In this document: in pieces, positions 34,511 to 45,819 of the stretch
Layout: every line of letters begins with the position of its first letter
Numbering within the stretch: position 1 is the first letter of the stretch
From: Squalus acanthias
Lineage: Eukaryota
Length of the DNA: 64,000 bases
Assembly: GCA_030390025.1 (NCBI GenBank)
Contig: CM059432.1
Location: 88,910,001-88,974,000 of the forward strand
Reading direction: 5' to 3'
Translations under genes and position numbers: made by a program
The notes under the pieces: generated by a model
The model's input: the letters and a program-made list of their open reading frames with translations, nothing else
Databases searched by the model: none
Told to the model about the DNA's origin: nothing

Positions 34511-35057
34511 CTCCACTGTTGTATCATCTGAGGGAGAAAAGAAAGAAAAAGAAGACGGAAGGAGGAAAATAAACTAAGAAGTTGCCTATAACTTCAGGAG
34601 TGAGGCCTTAACAGAGTTCGAACCCAATACACATAAATTTCAGAGAATCAAAAAGCACAGAAGGAGGCCATTTGGCCCATCATGCCTGTGCGGGCTCTTT
34701 GAAACAGCTATTGATTAGTCTCACTCCCCCGTCTATCCCCATAGCCCTGCAAATTATTCCTTTTCAAGTATATATCCAATTCCGAGCACATTTTATTGGT
34801 GGCAGAAGGGGCAACAAAGCTTCCTCACACCAGCCTTAGTAACTGACTCTTCCCTTGTGAGTTGGGGAGCTTATCAGGAGGCAGTGTGGGCACAGGGGCA
34901 GTAGGGACCTCCAAACAACACCAGAAAAATAAACTGACTTGACTTTCAGCTTGTCTTAAATAGAGGTCATGATGTGGAGATGCCGGCGTTGGACTGGGGT
35001 GGACAAAAATGAGAAGTCGCACAACACCAGGTTATAGTCCAACAGATTTATTTAATT

Positions 35058-35096
35058 TTACAAGCTTTCGGAGCAGTTCGCTCCTTCGTCAGGTAA
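35058..35096 (-). ncRNA. Hammerhead ribozyme, inverted copy
   Basis: Exact reverse complement of 37973-38011. Confidence 0.85.
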
Positions 35097-35588
35097 GTTT
35101 AGCAGTGAGAGAATCTCCCAGAATTCACAATTTAAACACAGACAAAATATATTCAAATCTTTCCCACATCAAAGAGCATAGCCAAGACAATGAGATGTGT
35201 CCCAGGGGGTCCAACGTGTCAAACCACCTGCTGGTTGCATATCCTGTCAATCTGTGTAGGTTCTTGTGTTAGCCTTTTTAAAAAAAAAACACCTGGGAAG
35301 ACCGGCCATGATGTCAAGTCACGTTCTGTATCGTGACATGAACCCGATATCGCGATTGAGGCCCTCCTCATGAGTGCGGAACTTGGCTATCAGTTTCTGC
35401 TCTATGATTTTGCGCTGTCGTGTATTTCGAAGGCCGCCTTGGAGAACGCTTACCCGCATATCCGAGGCTGAATGCCCCTGGCTGCTGAAGTGTTCCCCGA
35501 CTGGGAGGCAACCCTCCTGCCTGGCGATTGTTGCGCGGTGTCCGTTCATACGTTGTCTCAGTGTCTGCATGGTCTCGCCGATGTACCA

Positions 35589-37755
35589 GACGAAATCGAA
35601 GTTCTCGCCCTAGGGCTCAAGTTCTGCCCCACCACCAAAATGGACCCCATCGGTCTCGCGGCGGACACAGAGGAATTCATCAGGAGAATGAGGATCAGGG
35701 AATACTACCACAAATCCCAAGATGTCAGCAACATTCCTAATGGGACAATCAATGATCCGGAACAGCAGGCAGTGCTACAACCGAGGAAGAAAGAGTCAAA
35801 TTGGACCCCTCCGGAGGGTCGCAACCCTAAGCTTGACATGTATGCTCAAGCTGTCAGGAAATGCATCAACGCCAGATTCATCAGCCGTACTCACAAGACA
35901 GTCCAGAATGTCACCCGAGCACAACGCAACGCCATCCACGCACTCAAGACCAACCGCAACATCGTCATCAAACCAGCGGACAAAGGAGGAGCCATGGTCA
36001 TACAGAACAGAATGGACTATTGCAAAGAAGCATACCGACAACTGGACAACCAGGAACACTACAGACAGCTACCCGCAGATCCGACCAAAGAACACACCCG
36101 CCAACTCAATAGACTGATCAAGACCTTCGATCCAGACCTTCAAAACATCCTACGCGCTCTCATCCCACGTACTCCCCGCGTAGGAGACTTTTACTGCCTC
36201 CCAAAGATACACAAAGCCAACACACCCGGACGTCCTATCGTATCAAGCAACGGAACCCTGTGTGAGAACCTCTCTGGGTACGTCGAGGGCATCCTGAAAC
36301 CCATCGTACAGGGAACCCCCAGCTTCTGTCGCGACACTACAGACTTCTTGCAGAAACTCAGCACCCATGGACCAGTTGAACCAGGAACACTCCTCGTCAC
36401 AATGGACGTATCGGCACTCTACACCAATATCCCCCACAATGACGGCATCGCTGCGACAGCCTCAGTACTCAACACGAACAACAGCCAATCTCCGGACGCC
36501 ATCCTACAACTCATCCGCTTCATCCTTGACCACAATGTCTTCACCTTCGACAACCATTTTTTTACCCAAACACACGGAACAGCCATGGGGACCAAATTCG
36601 CACCCCAATATGCCAACATCTTCATGCACAAGTTCGAGCAAGACTTCTTCGCTGCACAGGACCTCCAACCAACGCTGTACACCAGATACATCGACGACAT
36701 CTTCTTCCTTTGGACCCACGGCGAAGGATCACTGAAAGGACTACACGATAGCATCAACAGGTTCCATCCCACCATCAAACTCACCATGGACTACTCCTCA
36801 GAATCGGTTTCATTCTTGGACACACGAATCTCCATCAAAGACGGACGCCTCAGCACTTCACTCTACCGCAAGCCCACGGACAACCTCACGATGCTCCACT
36901 TCTCCAGCTTCCACCCTAACCACGTTAAAGAAGCCATCCCCTATGGACAAGCCCTGCGAATACACAGGATCTGCTCAGACGAGGAGGAACGCGATGGACA
37001 CCTACGGACACTGAAAGACGCCCTCGTAAGAACGGGATATGACGCTCGACTTGTCGATCGACAGTTCCGACGGGCCACAGCGAAAAAACCGCATAGACCT
37101 CCTCAGAAGACGAACACGGGACACAACCAACAGAGTACCCTACGTCGTCCAGTACTTCCCCGGAGCGGAAAAACTACGCCATGTTCTTCGCAGCCTTCAA
37201 CATGTCATCGATGACGACGAACACCTTGCTAAGGCCATCCCCACGCCTCCACTACTCGCCTTCAAGCAGCCGCCTAACCTCAAAAGTACCATCGTTCGCA
37301 GCAGATTACCCATCTTTCAGGCGAACAGCAACCAAGACACCACACAACCCTGCCACGGCAACCTCTGCAAGACATGCCAAATCATGGACACAGATACCAT
37401 CATCACATGTGAGGACACTACCCACCAGGTACACGGTACATACTCATGTGACTCGGCCAACGTTGTCTACCTGATACGTTGCAGTAAAGGATGCTCCAGA
37501 GCATGGTACATCGGCGAGACCATGCAGACACTGAGACAACGTATGAACGGACACCGCGCAACAATCGCCAGGCAGGAGGGTTGCCTCCCAGTCGGGGAAC
37601 ACTTCAGCAGCCAGGGGCATTCAGCCTCGGATATGCGGGTAAGCGTTCTCCAAGGCGGCCTTCGAAATACACGACAGCGCAAAATCATAGAGCAGAAACT
37701 GATAGGGCCTCAATCGCGATATCGGGTTCATGTCACGATACAGAACGTGACTTGA
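35589..37755 (+). pseudogene. Penelope RT + GIY-YIG endonuclease; 5'-truncated, frameshift at about 37083, 23-nt deletion at about 37703
   Basis: KPADKG, LPKIHK, GRPIVS, GTAMGT, RYIDD; PCHGNLCKTC linker; NVVYLIRC...YIGET. Confidence 0.92.
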
Positions 37756-37972
37756 CATCATGGCCGGTCTTCCCAGGTGTTTTTTTTTTAAAAAGGCTAA
37801 CACAAGAACCTACACAGATTGACAGGATATGCAGCCAGCAGGTGGTTTGACACGTTGGACCCCCTGGGACACATCTCATTGTCTTGGCTATGCTCTTTGA
37901 TGTGGGAAAGATTTGAATATATTTTGTCTGTGTTTAAATTGTGAATTCTGGGAGATTCTCTCACTGCTAAAC

Positions 37973-38011
37973 TTACCTGACGAAGGAGCGAACTGCTCCG
38001 AAAGCTTGTAA
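37973..38011 (+). ncRNA. Minimal type I hammerhead ribozyme
   Basis: TTAC-CTGACGA-A-GGAGC/GCTCC-GAAA-GCTT-GTAA: stem I TTAC/GTAA, palindromic stem III AAGCTT. Confidence 0.85.
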
Positions 38012-38321
38012 AATTAAATAAATCTGTTGGACTATAACCTGGTGTTGTGCGACTTCTCATTTTTGTCTTAAATAGGGCAGCAAATGTACTTAGTAGCGGA
38101 AGCTGCCACCACTCCAAGGTGTCAATATAGTTTTCAAGAAGAACTATCCTGAGTTAGAGCTTGTGACCAGATTTAAGAACAAGATGCTGCTTTGGAAACA
38201 CCAGGGTGATGGTCCATCGATCCCTTGGCAGAGAATAATTCTGTATGGTTTTAACTCACCACCTCATATTGCAGATCATTAGCTATTGGGCAGTTTGTTC
38301 AACCGTATTGGCATCCAGGTC

Positions 38322-41300
38322 TTTTTTTTATTCATTCATGGGATGTGGGCATCGCTGCCAAGGCCAGCATTTATTGCCCATCCCTAATTGCCCTTGAGAA
38401 GGTGGTGGTGAGCCGCCTTCTTGAACTGCTGCAGTCCATGTGGTGAAGGTACTCCCATACTGCTGTTAGGGAGGGAGTTCCAGGATTTTGACCCAGTGAC
38501 GATGAAGGAACAGTGATATATTTCCAAGTCAGGATGGTGTGTGACTTGGAGGGGAACTTGGAGGTGGTGGTGTTCCCATGCGCTTGCTGCCCTTGTCCTT
38601 CTAGGTGGTAGAGGTCGTGGGTTTGGGAGGTGCTGTCGAAGAAGCCTTGGCGAGTTGCTGCAGTGCATCTTGTAGATGGTACACACTGCAGCCACGGTAC
38701 GCCGGTGGTAGAGGGAGTGAATGTTTAAGGTTATGGATGGGGTGCCAATCAAGTGGAGTGCTTTGACTTGGATGGTGTTGAGCTTCTTGAGTGTTGTTGG
38801 AGCTGCACTCATCCAGGCAAGTGGAGAATAGTCCATCACACTCCTGACTTGTGCCTTGTAGATGGTGGAAAGGCTTTGGGGAGTCATGAGGTGAGACACT
38901 CGTCACAGAATACCCAGCCTCTGATCTGCTCTTGTTGCCACAGTATTTATGTGGCTGGTCCAGTTAAGTTTCTGGTCAATGGTGACCCCCAGGATGTTGA
39001 TGGTGGGGGATTCGGCGATGGTAAGGCTGTTGAATGTCAAGGGGCGCTGGTTAGACGATTGCTTGTTGGAGATAGTCATTGCCTGGCATTTATGTGGCGT
39101 GAATGTTACCTGCCACTTATCAGCCCAAGCCTGAATCTCGTCCAGGTCTTGCTGCATGCGGGCATAGACTGCTTCATTATCTGAGGAGTTGCGAATGGCA
39201 CTGAACACTGTGCAGTCATCAGCGAACATCCCCACTTCTGACCTTATGATGGAGGGAAGGTCATTGATGAAGCAGCTGAAGATGGTTGAGCCTAGGACAC
39301 TGCCCTGAGAAACTCCTGTAGCGATGTCCTGGGGCTGTGATGATTGACTTCCAACCACCACAACCATTTTCCTTTATGCTAGAGTTTTCCCTCCGATTGC
39401 CATTGACTTCAGTTTTACAAGGGCTCCTTGAAGCCACACTTGGTCAAATGCTGCCTTGATGTCAAGGGCAGTCACTCTCAACTCACCTCTGGAATTCAGC
39501 TCTTTTGTCCATGTTTCGACCAAGGCTGTAATGAGGTCTGGAGCCAAGTGGTCCTGGTGGAACCCAAACTGGGCATCAATGAGCAGGTTATTGGTGAGTA
39601 AGTGCTGCTTAATAGCACTGTCAACGACACCTTCCATCACTTTGCTGATGATTGAGAGTAGACTGATGGGGCGGTAATTGGCCAGATTAGATTTGTCCTG
39701 CTTTTTGTGGACAGGAAATACCTGGGCAGTTTTCCACATTGTTGGATAGATGCCAGTGTTATAGCTGTACTGGAACAGCTTGGCTAGAGGCACGGCTAGT
39801 TCTGGAGCACAAGTCTTCAGCATGACAGCTGGGATGTTGTCGGGGCCCATAGCCTTTGCTGTATCCAGTGCGCTCAGCCGTTTCTTGATATCACGTGGAG
39901 TGAATCGAATTGGCTGAAGACTGGCTTCTGTGGTGGTGGGGATCTCAGGAGGGGGCCGTTATGGATCATCCACTCGGCACTTCTGGCTGAAGATGACTAC
40001 TCACTTTGTCTTTTGCACTCATGTGCTGGGCTCCACCATCATTGAGCCTCCTCCTCCCGTTAGTTGTTTAATGGCCCACCACCATTCACGCTGGATGTGG
40101 CAGGACTTTAATGTGATCCGTTGATTGTGGGATCGCTTAGCTCAGTCTATAGCATGCTGCTTCCGCTTTTTAGCATGCATGTAGTCCTGTGTTGCAGCTT
40201 CCACCGGGTTGGCACCGCATTTTTAGGTACACCTGGTGCTGCTCCTGGCATGCTCTTCTACACTCCTTATTGAACTAGGGTTGGTCCCCTGGCTTGACGG
40301 TAATGGTAGAGTGAGGGATATGCCAGGCCATGAGGTTACAGATTGTGGAATACAATTCTGCTGTTGCTGATGGCCTGCAGCACCTCATAAATGCCCAGTT
40401 TTGAGCTGCTAGATCTGTTCTGAATCTATCCCATTTAGCACATTGGAGGGTGTCCTCAGTGTGAGGATGGGACTTCGTCTCCACAATGACTGTACGGTGG
40501 TCACTGCCACTAATGCTGTCATGGACAGATGCATCTGCGACAGGTAGGTTGGTGAGGATGAGGTCAAGTAGGTTTTTCCCTCGTGTTGGTTCTCTCACCA
40601 CCTGTCGCAGGCCCAGACTGGCAGTTATGTCCTTCAGGACTCGGTCAGTAGTGGTGCTACCGAGCCACTCTTGGTGATGGACATTGAAGTCCCCCACCCA
40701 GAGTACATTCTGTGCCCTTGCTTAGTCCAAGTGGTGTTCAACATGGAGGAGGAGTACTGATTCATCAGCTGAGGGAGGGCAGTAGGTGGTAATCAGCAGG
40801 AGGTTTCCTTGCCCATGCGATTTCATGGGGTCCGAAGTCAATGTTGAGGACTCCCTGTGACACCACTGTGCCCCCACCCCTGGTAGGTCTGTCCTGCTGG
40901 TGGGACAGGACAGACCCAGGAATGCTAATGGAGGAATCTGGGACATTGGCTGAAAGGTATGATTCTGTGAGTATGACTATGGCAGGCTGTTGCTTGACTG
41001 GTCTGCGGGACAGCTCTCCCAATTTTTGCACAAATCCCCAGATGTTGGTGAGGAGGACTTTGCAGGGTCCACTGAGCTGGGTGTACCGTTGTCATGTCCG
41101 TAGCCAATGCCTGGTGTTCTGTCCGGTTTTATTCTTATTGTTTATCATAGCTTTTATTTTTGACAACTGAGTGGCTTGCTAGGCCATTTCATAGGGCAGT
41201 TAAGGGCCAACCACATTGCTGTGGCTCTGGAGTCACATATACGACAATCCAATAGTTTCATGGTCACCATTACTGATACTAGCTTTTTATTCCAGATTTA

Positions 41301-41421
41301 TTTAATTAACTGAATTTAAATTCCTCAGTTGCCGTGGTGGGATTTGAACTCACATCTCCAGATCATTAGTCCAGGGCTCTGGATTACTAATCCAGTAATA
41401 TAACCACTATACTACCGTTCC
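38322..41421 (-). mobile_element. Single-ORF APE-RT LINE (RTE/RTEX-like, clade tentative) with tRNA-like 5' head; copy 1, degenerate
   Basis: APE motifs ILTESYL, GDFNVHH, LDLILTN, SDH. RT motifs NYRPISLL, LDIKAAFD, QGSVLG, FADD. 3' end (ATGA)n followed by an A tail. Confidence 0.9.
41330..41421 (-). promoter_or_regulatory. tRNA-derived head with Pol III A box (41404-41414) and B box (41340-41349)
   Basis: TAGTATAGTGG ... GTTCAAATCC; anticodon-like arm CTGGA-TTAGTAA-TCCAG (AGT, Thr-like). Confidence 0.75.
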
Positions 41422-41619
41422 TAATAATTTTATGCAGCCTCAGGTGAGATTCTACTCCTGCCCTCTTGTTATCGTCATATTTTCTGGTGGGGTTGTCACT
41501 ACAATGCACACATCTATGCATTCATTCTTATTTAAGAGTAAGTTTGTATTTGTCTGCCGGTTCATGCACCAACTGTAGCTTAGAGAGATGGTGACTGAAT
41601 CTCTTCCTGAAATATCCAC

Positions 41620-42181
41620 TTTTTTTTTTATTCGTTCATGGGATCAGGGCATCGCTGGCAAAGCCAGCATTTATTGCCCATCCCTAATTGCCCTTGAGAA
41701 GGTGGTGGTGAGCTGCCTTCTTGAACCGCTGCAGTCCGTGTGGTGAAGGTACTCCCACAGTGCTTGTTAGGGAGGGTTTTCCAGAATTTTGACCCAGCGA
41801 CGATGAAGGATCGGCGATATACTTCCAAGTCAGGATGGTGTGTGACTTGGAGGGGAACTTGGAGGTGGTGGTGTTCCCATGCGCCTGCTGCCCTTGTCCT
41901 TCTAGGTGGCAGAGGTCGTGGGTTTGGGAGGTGCTGTCGAAGAAGCTTTGGCGAGTTGCTGCAGTGCATCTTGTAGATGGTACACACTGCAGCCACGGTG
42001 CGCCTGTGGTGGAGGGAGTGAATGTTTAAGGTGGTAGATGGGGTGCTAATCAAGCGGGCTGCTTTGTCCTGGATGGTATTGAGCTTCTTGAGTGTTGTTC
42101 GAGCAGCACTTATCCAGGCAAGTGGAGAATATTCCATCACACTCCTGACTTGGCCTTGTAGATGGTGGAAAGGCTTTGGGC
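41620..42181 (-). mobile_element. Same LINE family, copy 2 (3' about 560 bp)
   Basis: Aligns to 38322-38880; HRRTVAAVCTIYKMH. Confidence 0.9.
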
Positions 42182-42235
42182 TTTGTAAGCAGAAGCAGTC
42201 CAGTATTAATTTCTTCCTGATTATTTTTTCCTCTC

Positions 42236-42598
42236 ACAACAACTTGCATTCATATAGTGCCTTTAATGTAGTAAAACTTCCCAAGGCACTTCACAGAAAT
42301 GTTATCAAACAAAATTTGACACCGAGCCATATAAGAAAATATTAGGACAGATTGGTCACAGTTTAGGTTTTAAGGAGTGTCTTAAAGGAGGAGAGAGAAG
42401 TAGAGAAGCAGAGAGGTTTAGGGAGGGAATTCCAGAGCTTTGGGCCAAGGCAGCTGAAGACACAGCTGCCAATGATGGAGCGATCAAAATCGGGGATGTT
42501 CAAGAGGCCAGAATTGGAGGAATCCAGAGATCTCGGAGAGTTGTAGGGCTGGAGAAGGTTACAGAGATAGGGAGAAACGAGGCCATGGAAGGATTTGA
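42236..42598 (-). mobile_element. L2-type LINE 3' end
   Basis: Reverse-complement homolog of about 22755-23125 (LGPKLWNSLPKP). Confidence 0.85.
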
Positions 42599-43267
42599 CT
42601 GTATGTGGTGTATTGTGTGTGAGCCAATTTACCATCATGCTCTGGCAGTCTATGTTGGTTCTCCAGTATAATGTACTTTCCTTGTCATCCACAGACTTTA
42701 TACAACTCCCTTCTTATTAAACCCTCAGAATGAAATCTGAAGACTACTGGCCAAAAACAAACCAAATGGAATGAATCATTTCCACGGTCCTTAGCTGATT
42801 GATCTCACTGTAGAGTGACTTCAATGAACGATGTCAGTGGACAAAAAAAGAAAGAACATGCATTAATATAGCACCTTTTACGATCTCAGGATGTTCCAAA
42901 TTGCTTCACATCCAGTGAAGTACTTTTGAAGTGTAGACACTGATGTAATTTAGGGAAACTAATGTAGTGAACAGTGTTCCTTGTACAAAACAGATGAAGG
43001 TTTTCCCAATTTTTAAAACGTTAAAATGTATTTAGTCAAATCATATAATAAAAGACATATTGACTACAGATTTCTTACTGTAAGTAAGCCATTGACTCTC
43101 AGGTTATACAAGCAAATTTGAATGTATAATAATGTTCTTGTGCTCTGGCTGCTGATATAAAAGCACAGTCAATCACATCTGTAATTCTTCGGTCAATAGT
43201 TTACTGCTAAAACCATCAACGACAATCAATATTTGCATATTCTTCTTTAGCTATTAATGTTATAATC

Positions 43268-45819
43268 ACATTCACGGGATCTGGGCATCGCTGGCAAGGC
43301 CAGCATTTATTGCCCATCCCTAATTGCCCTCGAGAAGGTGGTGGTGAGCTGCTTTCTTGAACCGCTGCAGTCCGTGTGGTGAAGGTATTCCCACAGTGCT
43401 GTTAGGGAGGGAGTTCCAGGATTTTGACCCACTGACAATGAGGGAATGCCGACATATTCCCAAGTCAGGATGGTGTGTGACTTGGAGGGGAACTTGGAGG
43501 TGGTGGTGTTCCCATGCGCCTGCTGCCCTTGTCCTTCTGGGTGGCAGAGGTCGTGGGTTTGGGAGGTGCTGTTGAAGAAGCCTTGGCGAGTTGCTGCAGT
43601 GCATCTTGTAGATGGTACTCACTGCAGCCACGGTACACCGGTGGTGGAGGAAGTGAATGTTTAAGATGGTGGATGGGGTGCTGATCAAGCAGGCTGCTTT
43701 GTCCTGGATGGTGTTGAGCTTCTTGAGTGTTGTTGGAGCTGCACTCATCCAGGCAAGTGGAGACTATTTCATCACACTCCTGACTTGTGCCTTGTAGATG
43801 GTGGAAAGGCTTATGCGATTCAGAATGTGAGTCACTCGCCACAGAATACCCAGCCTCTGATCTGCTCTTGTAGCTATTGTATTTATGTGGCTGGTCCAGT
43901 TAAGTTTCTTGTCAATGATAACCCCCAGGATGTTGATGGTGGGGGATTCGATGATGGTAATGCTATTGAATGAAGGGAAGGTGGTTAGACTCTCGCTTGT
44001 TGGAGATGGTCATTGCCTGGCACTTGTGTGCCTCGAATGTTACCTCCCACTTATCAGCCCAAGCGGGGTTGTTGTCCAGGTCTTGCTGCATGCAGGCACA
44101 GACTGTTTCATTATCTGAGGAATTGAGAATGGAACACTGCAATCATCAGCGAAGATTCCCCACTTCTGACCTTATGATGGAGGGAAGGTCATTGATGAAG
44201 ATGGTTCGGGCTGAGGACACTGCCCTGAGGAACTCCTGCAGCAATGTCCTGGGGCTGAGATGATTGGCCTCCAGCAACCACAACCATCTTCCTTTGTGCT
44301 AAGTATGACTCCAGCCAGTGGAGAGTTTCCCCCCTTATCCCCATTGACATTAATTTTACTAGGGCTCCTTGGTGCCACACTTGGTCAAATATTGTCTTGA
44401 TGTCAAGGGCAGTCGCTTTCACCTCACCTCTAGAATTCAGCTCTTTTGTCCATGTTTGGACCAAGGTTGTAATGAGGTCTGGAGTCGAGTGGTCCTGGCA
44501 GAACCCAAACTGGGCATCAGTGAGCAGGTTATTGGGAAGTAAACAACACTTGATAGCACTGTCGACGACACCTTCCATCACTTTGCTGATGATTGAGAGT
44601 CAGCTGGATTATATCTGGACAATTTTCCACTTGGTCGGGTAGATACCAGTGTTGTAGCTGTACAGGAACATCTTGGATAGAGACACTGCTAGTTCTGGAG
44701 CACTTCTTCAGCATTACAGCCAGGATGTTGTAGGGGCCCATAGCCTTTGCTGTATCCAGTGTGCTCAGCCATTTCTTGATATCACATGGAGTGAATCGAG
44801 TTGGCTGAAGACTGGCTTCTGTGATGGTGGGGACCTCAGGAGGAGGTCGATATGAATCATCCACTCGGCATTTCTGGCTGAAGATGACTACTCACCGTGT
44901 CTTTTGTTCTTGCTGGGCTTTACCATCGTTGAGGATGGGGATGTTCATGGGGCCTCTTCCTCCTCCCGTTAATTGTATAATTGTCCAACACCATTCACAA
45001 CTGGATGTGGCAGGACTGCAGAGCTTTGGTCTGATCCGTTGTGGGATTGCTTAGCTCTATTTCCGCTGTTTAGCATGCATGTTGTCCATGTATTGTAGCT
45101 GCGCCAGGTTGGCATCTGGTGCTGCTCCTGACCTGCTCTTCTACACTCCTCATTGAACCAGGGTAATGGTAGAGGGAGGAATATGCTGTGCCATGAGGTT
45201 ACAGATTGTGGTGGAATACAATTCTGCTGCTGTTGATGGCGCACATTGCCTTATGGATGCCCAATTTTGAGCTGCTAGATCTGTTCTGAATCTATCCCAT
45301 TTAGCACATTGGTAGTGCCACAAAACTCGATGCCGGTGGGACATGACAGGGATGGTGATGGAGGAGTCTGGGACGTTGGCTGATATATATGATTCTGTGA
45401 GTATGACCATGTTTAGCTGTTCTTTGACTAGTCTGTGGGACAGCTCTCCCATTTTTGGCACAAGTCCCAAGATGTTAGTGAGGAGGACTTTGCAGGGTTG
45501 ACTGTGCCTTTGACATGTTTGAATCCGATGCCTAGTTCGATGCCAGGTGGTCTGTCTGGTTTTATTCTTATTGTACTTTTTTGTAGTGGTTTGGTACAAT
45601 TGAGTGGCTTGGAGAGGGCAGCTAAGAGTCAACCACAGTGGTGTGGGTCTGGAGTCCCATGTAGGCCAGACCGGGTAAGGACAGCAGGTTTCCTTCCCTA
45701 AAGGGCATTACTGAACCAGTTGGGTTTTTACGACAATTCAGTAGTTTCACAGTCACCATTACTGATAGTTAAATAAATCGGGAATAAAAAGCTACTAAAT
45801 TCGAATTCACAAACTGCCA
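43268..45819 (-). mobile_element. Same LINE family, copy 3; deleted internally, retains 5' UTR up to the edge of the tRNA head
   Basis: Colinear with 38335-41333, including the non-coding 5' region. Confidence 0.9.

Larger units (their letters stand above)
34964..38062 (+). mobile_element. Penelope-like element 2 (Neptune-type) with about 585-bp inverted pseudo-LTR
   Basis: 35002-35588 is the reverse complement of about 37504-38067. TSD TTGTCTTAAATAG (34951-34963 and 38063-38075). Confidence 0.95.

Noticed and set aside
35472..35588. N-terminus of the 580-aa Penelope ORF
   Set aside because: Derived from the antisense inverted pseudo-LTR; genuine coding sequence starts at about 35589.
41330..41421. 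Genuine tRNA-Thr gene
   Set aside because: About 20 extra nt between the anticodon arm and B box, no clear acceptor stem, no downstream oligo-T, and contiguous with the LINE leader.
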